Positions 1-12,600 of a stretch of 64,000 bases of DNA are shown in pieces. Within the stretch, counting starts at the first letter, position 1. Every line of letters starts with the position of its first letter. The notes beneath the pieces were generated by a model. The model had not been told where the DNA came from. It worked only from the letters and a program-made list of their open reading frames with translations, and made no database searches. Both the position numbers and the translations under genes were made by a program. The DNA is from Macrostomum hystrix (Eukaryota; Animalia; Platyhelminthes): positions 124,001 to 188,000 of the forward strand of contig CATNEN010000033.1 in assembly GCA_950097015.1 (NCBI GenBank), written 5' to 3'.

Positions 1-389
1 AACGTTGTTTCGAAAAAGTAAAGCTCGGAAGCTTGCTCATTTGAGATCTAACTGAAATCGGTTATGAAATCTTTGTGTAAAAGAGTAAAGGTAAAATAAA
101 ATAAATAAATGTAAAGTGCAGTGTAAAAGAGTGCTCAACAACAATTCTACTGTTGGTGCTCAGGTGTGAAAAAATTCGATCTCTAGAGTCATCGAGCCTA
201 GACTGTCTAATATTCGATTGCATTGCTAAAAGTGAAACGAGAATCTGATTAGCACATGCGAGCTACGTGTACTTAAAATATTAGACTATTTCGGTGAGAA
301 ACTTCAATGCACACTAAGAGGCATATTATACGCTCGTAGTATCCATAGAAAAATGTAAAAAGTAAAAGAATAACGCAGCTGGACATCTA

Positions 390-918
390 TCAAGCATCGT
401 GGGATATAGCGAGCTTGGTCCGTGCAATCCTCACTTTGCCTCTCGCCTGCCTGTCGACATCATCCTCATTGTCCGCATTCTCAGACGCTGCATCCGCCTG
501 TTGACCATTTTCTTCGGCAGCTGGCACTGAGAAGCTGCTCTGCTTGTCCAGCGGTGCCTTCTTCTTGGCGCGACGAGGCGTCGGAGCCGACGGTCGGCCG
601 CCGCCGTCTTCGTCGCTGACATCAGACTCGTAGCAGGAGGCGTCCAGGCCAACAGCCGAGGAGGATTCGACACGAGAGCGACTAAGAGGCAGCGGCGGCG
701 TCGGCGGCTGCGTTGACGGCATCGGCATTGTCCGAGGAGTTCTGGGTGTTCGCGGAGTTCGCGGAGTTCGCGATGCCGGTGCCGATGCGTCACCACTGGG
801 CGGCGGCAGTGGCGGCGGCTTCGGGCGCATTGTGAATAGGTTGCCAGCGGGGCTGCCGACACCGCCAGTAACGCCACTGCCCTGCGAATGCGACCTTTGG
901 GCGTGGCCAGAACCACCC

Positions 919-962
<44 letters not shown>

Positions 963-3900
963 TGCTGCTGATTTTGTCGCGGCAGCCAGCGATGCCGAGG
1001 GGATTTGGGCCTGCTGCTGCTGGGATCGGGGACTGGGAGACTTTGCCAGCAGCTACCGCAATTGGAATGGAAATTCAACGCCGAACATTGTGCCAGAGAT
1101 AAGAGTGGATAAGAACGTTCAGGTAAGCCACACAATTCGCATGCATCTACGTTAATAGTAATTAGTAGCGTTAATAGCCGGGCTTGCTATCCAAAGTTTT
1201 TTGTAGCACTTCGAACAAGATGATCCATCTAAACAAAATTTCAAAATTTCATAAAAAATTTGACTGACTTCACTAGCCCCGATCTCGACTACCCTCGACT
1301 AATCACTCACCGTTGGCATGGACCCTCGCAGGTGCTCGTGGGTCGAGTTTAGACCGAAGCCACCAGCCGCAGCATCAGCGTCGCGATACCGCTGCCGACA
1401 ATGGCTGGCTATGATCAGCTTGCAGTAGTTAAGGTGCCTCTGCTTGGCGTAGTCCCAGAGACTGGCGCCTTCGCTGTCGCGGAACTCCAAGTTGGCTGGG
1501 GCAAATTGATTTAAAGTTCTTGAAATCCTCTAATTCTTTATTTGAAAAAACTGTTCTCTCACCTCCACAGTCCAGCAAATAGTTAAGAACCTCCCCGTGA
1601 CCTCCGAGAGTGGCCAGGTGGGCAGCCGTTCTCTGGTCCTGATCCTTCTGGTTAATGGCATCAGTTGCTAAGTCTTTGCACACGTCCAGGATCAACTTGC
1701 AGGCCGGCAGGGAGCCTAGAAGATTAGTTGAAACTTTTTTTAAATAGAGCTGTAATAGAACTCATTATTTGGCCTCGTTTACCTTCTAAGTTTGTGGGCC
1801 AGTAGCTGCTATACCATTGACTCTTCCTGATTGGCTCACTAGCTACCAGCTATAGTTCTTCCTGATTGGCTCACTAGCTACCAGCTTTAGTTCTTCCTGA
1901 TTGGCTCACTAGCTACCAGCTTTAGTTCTTCCTGATTGGCTCACTAGCTACCAGCTTTAGTTCTTCCTGATTGGCTCACTAGCTACCAATTTTGTTTCTT
2001 TGATGAGCAGGTCGGGCTCTCTCACCTTGTTCAGCTGCAACCATTAGAGCATTCTTGCCGCTGTGATCAGTGATCAGTGCGGTCTGTACTGTCAGCAGGT
2101 TCTGAAATGGATGAGAAATACAACAGCATCTATCGATGCCCGATTGTCACTACTAGGTAGATGAAGCCACTCACCCGGAGACACTCGATCGGCTCCTGCC
2201 GCCTGACCGCCCAGTGCACATATGTCCTACCCGACGCATCCTTGTCATCCTCGCCTCCAGTAACGCTAAGTCGAGCGTTGAGAAGGGCGAAATGATCGAC
2301 TCGGTCAAGCCGACAGGCCCACATAGCCGGTGTGGCGAGGTCCGTGTCTCGAACCCGTGGATCAGCACGGTGACGCAGCAGCAGCTTCAGACACTCGGTG
2401 CTCGCAATCGTCACCGACCAGTGAAGCGGCGCTCGACCGAGCACATCCTGCTCGTCAGGGCTGGCCTGGTATTTTAACAGAAGCTCGGCGAGGTCCGCGT
2501 GGCCCCGACTGATCGCCACGTGCAGAGCAGTCGAGCGATCTGATGGGGATTTCAGGATGGGATATTTATGAGGCTATCAGAGAACTTTAAGTGGAAAGTT
2601 TTTAAAGCAGAGGCGATTCTTTAGCTCCTAGTTACCAGCACCATTTTTTCTTTCTGTCTACTCTTAGAACATTAAACATTTAATATGCAGCGAAAACTGG
2701 CCTGGAAAGCTTATACATGCTTCTATATCATATATCTGTCCTCATAGTCCAACGAGTTATAGGTTCATAAAATTAGCATAATCAGATTCAACCGAATGTT
2801 TTCTGTCGAAGTCTTCGGTTTTTGTTTGGAATAAGGTAACGCATTATTTATAGTTCTCTTCAGATAACAGATATTTTGGTTTCATCGGACTTTATCATAT
2901 TGGCTAGACATTGTTAAATGATATCAAAAGTTTCTAACTGTTACATAACGAGCAAACGAATGTGTACTCCAATGAGATGGAGGCAGCAAGTTCGAACCGT
3001 GAGCACTGGCGTTGACGTTGGCCCCGGAGCGCAGAAGCCATTCGGCCACTGAGTACTGATTGTGTTGCACCGCGTGCATCAGCGGGCTTCGACCAAGACA
3101 GTCGGCCTCGTCAATGGTCCGATGATCTGGAGGTCAGGGAGAGGTGTAGAGGAGTTTCAAAGGCGAACGGAGATTTAATTGATTTATTAGCAAACGCTTG
3201 GACTGCACACAAGGCACATCCATTTAGCGACTGGATTCGCAACAATACTTTTTTTAAATGCAGTTGGCGATTCTCTCCCACTTAGCCGCCACTCAAAGGA
3301 CGCAGACAAGCCTATTTTTATGTAGTTAATTGTTAGCTCGAAAAGAGAGCGACAGCTTGACATAAAGGAGACAAAGCATATTTCGTGATTTAGTGCAAAA
3401 CTCGATCGTTAGATGGAGGCTACAGACAACATGAACTGCAGTAGGAATTCAATGTAAATCTGTAATGCACTAGAAGCTCAACTATAGCTCAAACTATTTT
3501 GCACTTTAAACCATATACCCATCATATGCATAATATACGTATTTTGTAACTTTTTTCAGCTCATATTTACAACAAGACATTGCGAAAGCTAAAACGATTA
3601 ACGTTATGATTAGATAAAAAGTATGTTTAGAATCCCTTTACCAGAGAAAAGACGACATAGCGTCTAGTATTTTATCAGCTCTTCGAAGCTCGTTTTCAGC
3701 TTACCCTTCTTATATAGTGTCTTCAGTGTCTCCAGATCGCCATTCTTGCTGACGGTCACGGACAGTGGGACGCCACTGTTGATGGCCGAGTCCTGCGTGC
3801 CGGCCACTCCGCCGAATCGGCGACTGTCCACTTCCGGCCAGCGCCACTGGAATTTGTCCGGCGAGTCGCTGAACGGCGTCATCGGCGACGCAAGGCCGCG

Positions 3901-4777
3901 CGCCGACGAAGCGCCGCTCTGAACGGAGGGCGTGTCACGGCCGCGAGTCTCGGCCCGGTGACGCAGCGACCGGTAGTACTTCTGCATGTACAGCAGGGCC
4001 AGGTTGAGCGAGTCGCGCACCTCAGCACATTCCGGCGTGAAATCAAGCTTCATCAGAAACTGGTGTATGTAGGCGGCCGTCTTTTGGAAATCTAAATTGC
4101 GAAAACGAATTCCAAACACATATTTTTCGTTATTAAAGCTTTTTGGGGTCTTTTTGGGTATAAGAATAGTATAATATAGATTATAATATATCTGTTGTTT
4201 TAGTACAAATAATCTTATCAAAAAGCTTACATCACTGCGAATTCAAGTCAAAAGAAAAATATTAAAGTGTTAGCCACAGAATACACAGAATACACAGAAT
4301 ACAATAGTGTATTCTGTGGTGTTAGCTATGTTTATTTCACAAGCTATTCTTTGATAAGCTCGTAGATGAATTAAAATGTTTCTAAATTTTGTCAGATAAG
4401 TTTTTATATTATGGATCAAAGCAGGAAAGGTAGTAAAACTACCAATAATTTCAGAGTTGAGGTAACATATTATTGGTACAGAAAATATTTGGTGAAATTT
4501 TAAATGATAAAATAGTAACGTTATCAAACCAGGTACAGAAGAAAGTAAATTGTACGCATTAATATTATCAGTTATAAATTTCTCGCAAATAATAATAAAG
4601 TATAATTATTCTTCACTTTGCCAATACTTTTAAAAGTAGAGCGAAAAGAAAATTTGCTTTTCTCTCATTCTGGCCTAATTGCTATAAAAGAAACAAATCG
4701 AAATTTAAGTTAAACGAAAAGGATTTTTAAATACTCTACAGTTCGCATTTTAACTCACCTTTTCTTTTTACCGCCAT
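390..4777 (-). CDS. Multi-exon ankyrin-repeat protein (ANKRD55/inversin-like repeat stack) with a low-complexity Ala/Pro/Ser-rich C-terminus
   Basis: Phase-consistent exons on the minus strand: 4777-4759 (MAVKRK), 4091-3705, 3126-2998 (DEADCLGRSPLMHAVQHNQYSVAEWLLRSGANVNA), 2539-2175 (TALHVAISRGHADLAELLL, GRAPLHWSV), 2101-2026, 1715-1563 (RTAAHLATLGGHGEVLNYLL), 1495-1311, 1052-390. All have AG/GT boundaries. The last exon may instead splice at a GTGAGG donor near 434 and continue outside the window. Confidence 0.85.
920..970. repeat. (GCT)n trinucleotide microsatellite; encodes poly-Ala in the ankyrin gene frame
   Basis: About 16 near-perfect GCT units. The poly-Q reading in ORF 431..1135 is an alternative frame. 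Confidence 0.9.
1823..1988. repeat. 35-bp intronic tandem repeat, about 5 copies, each carrying a CCAAT box
   Basis: CTTCCTGATTGGCTCACTAGCTACCAGCTTTAGTT begins at 1823, 1858, 1893, 1928 and 1963. Confidence 0.9.
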
Positions 4778-6119
4778 CACGCTTTGTTGCTTGCCGTATC
4801 GAAAACTATCAAATGTAAGTCATAATAGTATAGTTGCGCTTTACGTTAATTACTTTATTTTGTCATTTCTAAGATTCACTTTTTTACCCTGCTATTTTGA
4901 ATCACATTGTGTATTTTCCTGGCTTGCAAAATTCTAACTGCAATTCGTTTTAAAATACCATTGCCAGTGTAAACAACTTATATGTTAAAACAAACCAAAG
5001 GATAAACAAATACTTTAGAAAATTCAGCAAAGTTCAAAGGAACTGTTTACTTTAGTTGAAATAGCTAATGAAATCATGAATCATCGGTGTATTTTTTTAT
5101 AAACCTATCGAGTCGTCAAATTGTATAGACCAATAGCCTAGGCCTAGGTCTAGTAATTTTTGTATTTTCTGTTGATGTGAAAGACTTCTAGCTTTAAGTT
5201 ACCATTTTTCTGCTCGCATATACTTATTTTGTGATAGTCTTAGTCCTAGAACACGGCTATAGCTAGCTATCCATGTCCCAATATAATCGTGATGTTACAA
5301 GCTGAAAATTTAAATAGTGGTTCTATCCTTAATTATTTGAAGTGCATTTTGTAAATTTTACTAGCCTAAGAACTTTTTATTACACTAATTAATCAGTTTA
5401 TTTATATTTATTACTAAACATAGGCCTCATAGTAATGTGGCGGTGCCTCTTGTCTTCCTGAACAACACCTTCGGGAACTTCCTGTACTGGGTGTCACGCT
5501 ATAACTCACTGTAATTTTGAACTTCAAGAACAAAACATTGATAGGGGCCTAACATTACTTTTATAAACTCAATGTCATTTTTAATCCACAAATCTACAGC
5601 ATTGTCACAATCTGGCATACTATCACCATAGCTCTATTATGTTGCATAAATGCATGTCAGAAAATTCTCCAAAAAGGTGCATGATCCAAAGTAAAGCAAA
5701 AATAAAGAAAGAATGTAAGCCTAGCTAGGTAATACTAGAAGTAAATTTCTATGATGGCTATCTATGAATAAATAGGCCTAAGTAATATATTTTTGGGAAG
5801 TTAGGCTCCCTACTCATTATGCTAGGCATAATATGCCCAAAATTTACTTAGGGAAAATTTGCATAAATAGACCCTATCACTTAATTGGCTCTTGGCATGA
5901 ATTCTTGACCTACTATAACATGAAGGTTAGTTTTTAAAAAATCGATAATGCTAGCAATTGTGAATTACTTAATTGATACTTGTGATGTCATGTATTGTTA
6001 TTTAAACATTGCTTTCCTAGGGCCTAACTAAATTAGCAACTTTGGCAGATTTTCCATGTGTCTTTTTTTTAGAATACTTTTTATTAACATTGTTTTTTAT
6101 TTTGTTTCTCTTAAAGTAA

Positions 6120-6497
6120 TAATAAAAATAATTGCAGGAAGACTTCTGGCAATGGCACATAATTTGGTGACACTTGACCCACAGCCAGCAAATTTCTTAG
6201 CTGGCACAGCCAGCAATTCTGCCCATTTGCTGACTCCTGAGCACATACACACACAGATACCATATGCAGGCACACAGTCACATGGGTATGTATATCTGCC
6301 CTGACTTTCTCATTGTCAGGCAGTGCAAACTTCACTGTGCATTGAAGGTTGGCCCTCAAGGGTGTAAATTGCACAACAAGCCCCCAAAGCCTTCTCTCTA
6401 TGGCTGCACCCCAAATACATGTGGCCTCGCTATGGAATTGAACTTTGGGACCGTGGTGTGAGACGCAAATGCATTAACCACTCTGCCACCGACCCCC
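6120..6497 (-). mobile_element. tRNA-derived SINE, copy A (full length, CpG-decayed)
   Basis: Minus-strand head GGTGGCAGAGTGGTTAATGCATTTGCGTCTCACACCACGGTCCCAAAGTTCAATTCC has A-box and B-box-like motifs. The body AGAAGGCTTTGGGGGCTTGTTGTGCAATTTACACCCTTGAGGGCCAACCTTCAA aligns over about 300 bp with 23783-24120. Confidence 0.75.
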
Positions 6498-6834
6498 TAC
6501 AATTTGCACTATGCCTCATTGTGGCCTTGCCAGTCCTTAAAACTTTATCAGCACCCAAATGTGCCTGCACTATTTCCAACCTTGATGGTCACCAAACTTT
6601 ACCTTTATGGAGCTCCTGGACCTTCAAGAAGTGGCACCAGCTAACTATGGACACCCTGATGCGAATTCCTCCCATTCCACTGATCAAGCCTTAATATTTG
6701 GCAAAGCTCAACCACAAATGGACAATTGTTATTATTTCAATATTGCCCTTGCAGTAAAAAATAGTAAAAAATATTAAAAAATTTGCAAAAAGTCAACATT
6801 TTGCATTTAAAATGTTGGGGGGCAGATCTCATTA

Positions 6835-6902
6835 CTGGCCCCCCAACTTAAAAAGTGGGGGGGCCTTGGCCCCACTGTCCCCCCCCCATTCCTACGCCTA
6901 TG
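6835..6902 (-). mobile_element. Probable DNA-transposon (hAT-like) terminus
   Basis: The minus strand reads CATAGGCGTAGGAATGGGGGGGGGACAGTGGGGCCAAGGCCCCCCCAC, resembling G-rich hAT-type ends. A weak partner end may be CATAGGCCTCATAGTAATGTGG at 5419, but no TSD was found. Confidence 0.3.
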
Positions 6903-7678
6903 CATTGCTCCGTTCACAAAAATATTGTCACCCCTTGGTAGCTCTACTGTTAAGGAGAAACATTTCCAAACTTTAGACCTAACTTAAAACTCGACATCCC
7001 GAAATAGACGGGATTTGGTAGGACAGTTCGTTAAGGACTTAAGGAAATCGATTAAGGAGAGTAGGTTTTCGCTGCTGTAAGAGTAACCCTAAGACACCCT
7101 AGAGGCCTAGATAATGAAGTCAGCGTTTTTGGCTTGCAGGTGTCGGGTATTTATATCCATTTTGTAACCTTCCCAGCCTGTCAGCGATTGCTATTGGCTG
7201 AGGCTCTACAGAGTTCACTGATTGGCTGGAGTGAAGTAGCAGATGGAAAAACCGTGGGAAACCGACCGACTAATGGTTTTCCTAGCACAGACCCTATCGG
7301 ACAACTCAAGACTCAAACAGTTTACCTAACTAATTGACAAACTGTCGGGACTAATCTAGTTTGTTAGTGAGAACTAGGCGCTAATCCTAGTGACTAGTGA
7401 CTCACTACAAGACATAAGTATAATGGTAATATGGGTTTCAATTCTGAATGGACTGTATTGCTTATCTCAGGGGTCGGTAAACTTATTAGTGTGCGGACCA
7501 CGGAAAGAATTTAAAAGACGACAGCGGGTCGCATTAACTGCAGGACGATATGAGACACGGGAGAGATTAGATACGGGATAGATGAGATTAGATAAGAGAT
7601 TAGATACGGCATCTGGCCCTTATTATACTGAAATAATTTTGTATGTTCTCCAGCCATTCAAACCCAGCGAGTCAAACT

Positions 7679-8080
7679 ATGCTGCGTCGCATAATTTCTA
7701 CCGCCGCTGCTCCGGCAGCAGTTGGGCCCTACAGCCAGGCTGTCCAGCTAGGCCAGACTCTGTACATGTCTGGCCAGATTGGGCTAGACCCGGCCACTAT
7801 GCAAATGGCCGGACCGGATGTTGAGACTCAGGCTGAACAGGTGCTAGTCAACATGGCCGCCGTGCTGAAGGCGGCTGGCTCGGACATGAGCCAGGTGGTG
7901 AAGACCACCGTCCTGTTGGCCGATATGAACGACTTTGCGCGGGTAAATGCTATCTATGCTAAGCATTTCAGTGAGCCCTACCCGGCCAGGGCCTGTTACC
8001 AGGCTGCAGGTCTGCCCAAGCAGGCCCTGGTTGAGATTGAAGCTGTGGCCTTCGTTGGCGATGTTAAAGACGAGAAATGA
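7679..8080 (+). CDS. RIDA: RidA / YjgF-YER057c-UK114 family reactive-intermediate (2-iminopropanoate) deaminase
   Basis: MLRRIISTAAAPAAVGPYSQAV...LYMSGQIGLDP...VVKTTVLLADMNDFARVNAIY...PARACYQAAGLPKQALVEIEAVA, with the catalytic Arg of the PAR motif present. Uninterrupted CDS, splice acceptor TTCTCCAG at 7653, AATAAA at 8145. Confidence 0.95.
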   Translation: MLRRIISTAAAPAAVGPYSQAVQLGQTLYMSGQIGLDPATMQMAGPDVETQAEQVLVNMAAVLKAAGSDMSQVVKTTVLLADMNDFARVNAIYAKHFSEPYPARACYQAAGLPKQALVEIEAVAFVGDVKDEK

Positions 8081-8983
8081 GACCTATTCTTCGACATGTT
8101 AGGGTAGCATTGTAGCAAAAGCAGACAAGAACCGATTTTTCACCAATAAATTTGATCGCTGCATTAAAATATGTAGAACAAAGTCAGCCTTTGTCATTTA
8201 TAGATAGGTCATAGATTCATTATAGGTAAATATCTGTGCCACCATTTTTTGTTTAATTATATTGTAAGCACCTCTGATTGACATATTGAGCATCTGATCT
8301 TTATTCGTGTGCCCTACAATCTTTCCTTCATATAGATTCATTGCCATTTGAAATAAATATATTTGATGATTGACTGACATTATTTTTATCAGTTACTTGT
8401 TCATCAGATAAGTAGTTTCTAGTTTTGAGAGTCGTTATGACATATTTATATCAATAAAAGTAACTGAATATTCCTTTCGTTTTCATTTGGTCTTAGAACC
8501 ATACAATTATTACTGGAAGTAGTCCGATCCGGTTCTAGTGACTTGTTGTGCGCCGAAAGCAGAAATAATTTGTTTTTTTTTCTAATAATTGCGAGGTGCG
8601 TGAAAAATCGACAGAATTATAGGAGCTAAATAATAATATTATCTAAAGTATTAGGGACATTTCATCGATATTTAGAAATTTAAATTAAATCTACGCTATA
8701 TTTTAGCCAAGTAAATATGGATCCAAGTAAATTTGACTGTGTACGAAAGAGTCGTATAGTAGGGCCTACGACCCACTGAAGTGTTGAAATAGACTGCTAA
8801 TAATAATATTTGATCCTATGGAATTTCTAGCTCGTAGAGTGGAAGCTACGACTATACTAAACTGGCTAAGTAATAGACACTTTACTAATTTTCAAACCCC
8901 CTCTGTATATATGCGTTGGTAGCTTATCAGAGAAATATTCAGAACACAGACTACTGACTATAAAATCTAGTATGTTCTGTATT

Positions 8984-9264
8984 CATACATGCGCAACCTC
9001 CCAAATCTTAGCCGGCCGTGCGACTTAGTTTTTGCTCTCATTTGCGACTTAGTTCATTTCATTGCTCTATTTACGACTTAGTTTGCTCTCATTTGCTCTC
9101 TTTTTCTCTCCCCTTTTTCCTTTTCTTCACGCCTTCCTTTTTTGTCCCTTGGTCCCCCCTTTGATTTTTTTGCGCTTGGTCAATTGGTTTTTGCGACTTA
9201 CCTTGCTTGGCCCTCGTTTCACCCGGCCGGTTCGGCCGGGTCGGCCGGGTGTTGCGCATGTATG
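8984..9264. mobile_element. 281-bp non-autonomous DNA transposon (MITE) with 14-bp TIRs and a 9-bp TSD
   Basis: CATACATGCGCAAC (8984-8997) is the exact reverse complement of GTTGCGCATGTATG (9251-9264). TTCTGTATT flanks both sides (8975-8983, 9265-9273). Internal GCGACTTA repeats and a CACCCGGCCG/CGGCCGGGTG hairpin. Confidence 0.8.
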
Positions 9265-9658
9265 TTCTGTATTTATATATTCACAGTCAGTTTGTGTCAA
9301 CTGTTCTGTTTTCAATCTGTTATGCTGCTCGAATAAACACCAGACCAAGATCTCATTTAGTCACTTACATGAAACTATCTAATCTACAAGGCTGCTTTGA
9401 AATTGAAAGCGAATTACTTTGAGAGATAACTGCATATATACTGTAATATTGCTGTATCATCGTGCACATTATTTTGCACGCTATTGCAACAGAACTTAAA
9501 GATATAATAAGTACTAAAAAATCTAGGAGAAAGTCAGGCAGGCCATTCAGTTTTATGTTCTAAAGCTTTCGTGACTGCCGCCTGTAATATCAACACTCTC
9601 CCTACTCGACATGGTGTTCATAAAACTGAGTTTACAACGGCTGCTTTGCAAGTTTTTC

Positions 9659-12600
9659 ATGTCGATTCTCTGGGCGCTTCTTGCGTTGCTGCTGCTGCTG
9701 CTGTTGCCTCCGTCTGCTAGTACGGTCGAACTGCCAGACGAGGCCTCGCTGAGGGCGATTTTCATTGGTCGGTGCAACGAATTTCAACTGCTGAGGCATG
9801 CGGAGCTGTTTCCGGATGTGTGAGTTCACTCGAGTTGTGAACTCACAAAGATTTCTGTCAATCTTGCAACTCGTACTTGAAGGCTTTGAATTAGATTTGC
9901 CTTCAAACTGCACAAGTGCGATAAAACTCGTCACATTTCTCCTCGAAGCACACTTGACGCATATCATTTAGCTCCCCTAAATCTTCCAGAAGCAGCCACA
10001 AGAACTGCTCACAGCTGTGGCAGGCCTTCGGCTCAGCTGCACTGAGGCCTAACATATGCCAGCCTAAGCCGGAGGACTTTGTACACTTACTGGAATTGGC
10101 CAATCATGATATACCGAAAGATCAGGTTGGTGGGATGGATTAGGGAGTCAGTGGGATGGATTAGGGAGTCAGTGCAATGGATTAGGGAGTCAGTGGGATG
10201 GATTAGTGAGTCCGTGGGATGGATTAGTGAGTCACTGAGATCGATTAGTGAGTCAGTGAGATCGATTAGTGATTCGGTGCAATGGATTAGTGAGTCAGTG
10301 AGATCGATTAGTGAGTCAGTGCAGATATGGATTAGTGTGAGTCAGTGCGATTAAAATCGAAACTAATAAGGCATTGAAATTATTCTGTGATGCAATACTA
10401 CGGTGTAAAATACGCTCGTAATGGCTTTTGGACAACCCATTCATTCTGGATCACTATAGGGAGCTAAAAATATTCTACAATTTTCCTCTGCTTATTCACC
10501 CAAGCCAGCTGTGCCCGAGGCTAACTGAAATATTTCTGAGCAAGTGATAGCAATTATCAACGGTACATGCATGCCCGATTTGTGCCCTAAACAAAACATG
10601 TCATTCACGGTGTCATTTTCAGTTCGTCTTCTGGTCGGGCACTATGTACAGTCTTGTGGCCAAAGTCAGGGATATGCCTGGATATTTTCCGTTGGAGAAG
10701 ACTCTCATTGGTATGAGGTTGTCTTTAAAAAATTAATTTTACTTTGCTGTATCTGTGAGCACTCTGCCATGTAATTGGACTTGGCAGAATCTGTGCCATC
10801 TACCAGTCTGGGAGATTCAGAGAATCTGTGCCATCTACCAGTCTGGGAGATTCAGAATCTGTGCCATCTACCAGTCTGGGAGATTCAGAGAATCTGTGCC
10901 ATCTACCAGTCTGGGAGATTCAGAATCTGTGCCATCTACCAGTCTGGGAGATTCAGAGAATCTGTGCCATCTACCAGTCTGGGAGATTCAGAATCTGTGC
11001 CATCTACCAGTCTGGGAGATTCAGAATCTGTGCCATCTACCAGTCTGGGAGAGTCAGAGAATCTGTGCCATCTACCAGTCTGGGAGAGTCAGAGAATCTG
11101 TGCAATCTACCAGTCTGGGAGATTCAGAATCTGTGCCATCTACCAGTCTGGGAGATTCAGAATCTGTGCCATCTACCAGTCTGGGAGAGTCAGAGAATCT
11201 GTGCCATCTACCAGTCTGGGAGAGTCAGAGAATCTGTGCAATCTACCAGTCTGGGAGATTCAGAATCTGTGCCATCTACCAGTCTGGGAGAGTCAGAGAA
11301 TCTGTGCAATCTACCAGTCTGGGAGATTCAGAATCTGTGCCATCTACCAGTCTGGGAGATTCAGAATCTGTGCCATCTACCAGTCTGGGAGAGTCAGAGA
11401 ATCTGTGCCATCTACCAGTCTGGGAGAGTCAGAGAATCTGTGCCATCTACCAATCTGGGAGATTCCGAATCTGTGCCATCTACCAGTCTGGGAGATTCAG
11501 AATCTGTGCCATCTACCAGTCTGGGAGAGTCAGAGAATCTGTGCCATCTACCAGTCTGGGAGAGTCAGAGAATCTGTGCAATCTACCAGTCTGGGAGATT
11601 CAGAATCTGTGCCATCTACCAGTCTGGGAGAGTCAGAATCTGTGCAATCTACCAGTCTGGGAGATTCAGAATCTGTGCCATCTACCAGTCTGGGAGATTC
11701 AGAATCTGTGCCATCTACCAGTCTGGGAGAGTCAGAGAATCTGTGCCATCTACCAGTCTGGGAGATTCAGAATCTGTGCCATCTACCAGTCTGGGAGATT
11801 CAGAATCTGTGCCATCTACCAGTCTGGGAGATTCAGAATCTGTGCCATCTACCAGTCTGGGAGATTCAGAATCTGTGCCATCTACCAGTCTGGGAGATTC
11901 AGAATCTGTGCCATCTACCAGTCTGGGAGATTCAGAATCTGTGCCATCTACCAGTCTGGGAGATTCAGAATCTGTGCCATCTACCAATCTGGGAGATTCC
12001 GAATCTGTGCCATCTACCAGTCTGGGAGATTCAGAATCTGTGCCATCTACCAGTCTGGGAGAGTCAGAGAATCTGTGCCATCTACCAGTCTGGGAGATTC
12101 AGAATCTGTGCCATCTACCAGTCTGGGAGATTCAGAATCTGTGCCATCTACCAGTCTGGGAGATTCAGAATCTGTGCCATCTACCAGTCTGGGAGATTCA
12201 GAATCTGTGCCATCTACCAATCTGGGAGATTCCGAATCTGTGCCATCTACCAGTCTGGGAGATTCAGAATCTGTGCCATCTACCAGTCTGGGAGATTCAG
12301 AATCTGTGCCATCTACCAGTCTGGAAGATTCAGAGAATCTGTGCCATCTACCAGTCTGGGAGATTCAGAATCTGTGCCATCTACCAGTCTGGGAGATTCA
12401 GAATCTGTGCCATCTACCAGTCTGGGAGATTCAGAATCTGTGCCATCTACCAGTCTGGGAGATTCAGAATCTGTGCCATCTACCAATCTGGGAGATTCCG
12501 AATCTGTGCCATCTACCAGTCTGGGAGATTCAGAATCTGTGCCATCTACCAGTTTGGGAGATTCAGAATCTGTGCCATCTACCAGTCTGGAAGATTCAGA

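Noticed and set aside
7114-7139. Possible upstream coding exon (MKSAFLAC) adding a presequence to RidA
   Set aside because: The phase fits but the donor is weak (GTGTCG), and CCAAT boxes lie downstream of it (about 7190-7225), implying the TSS is further 3'.
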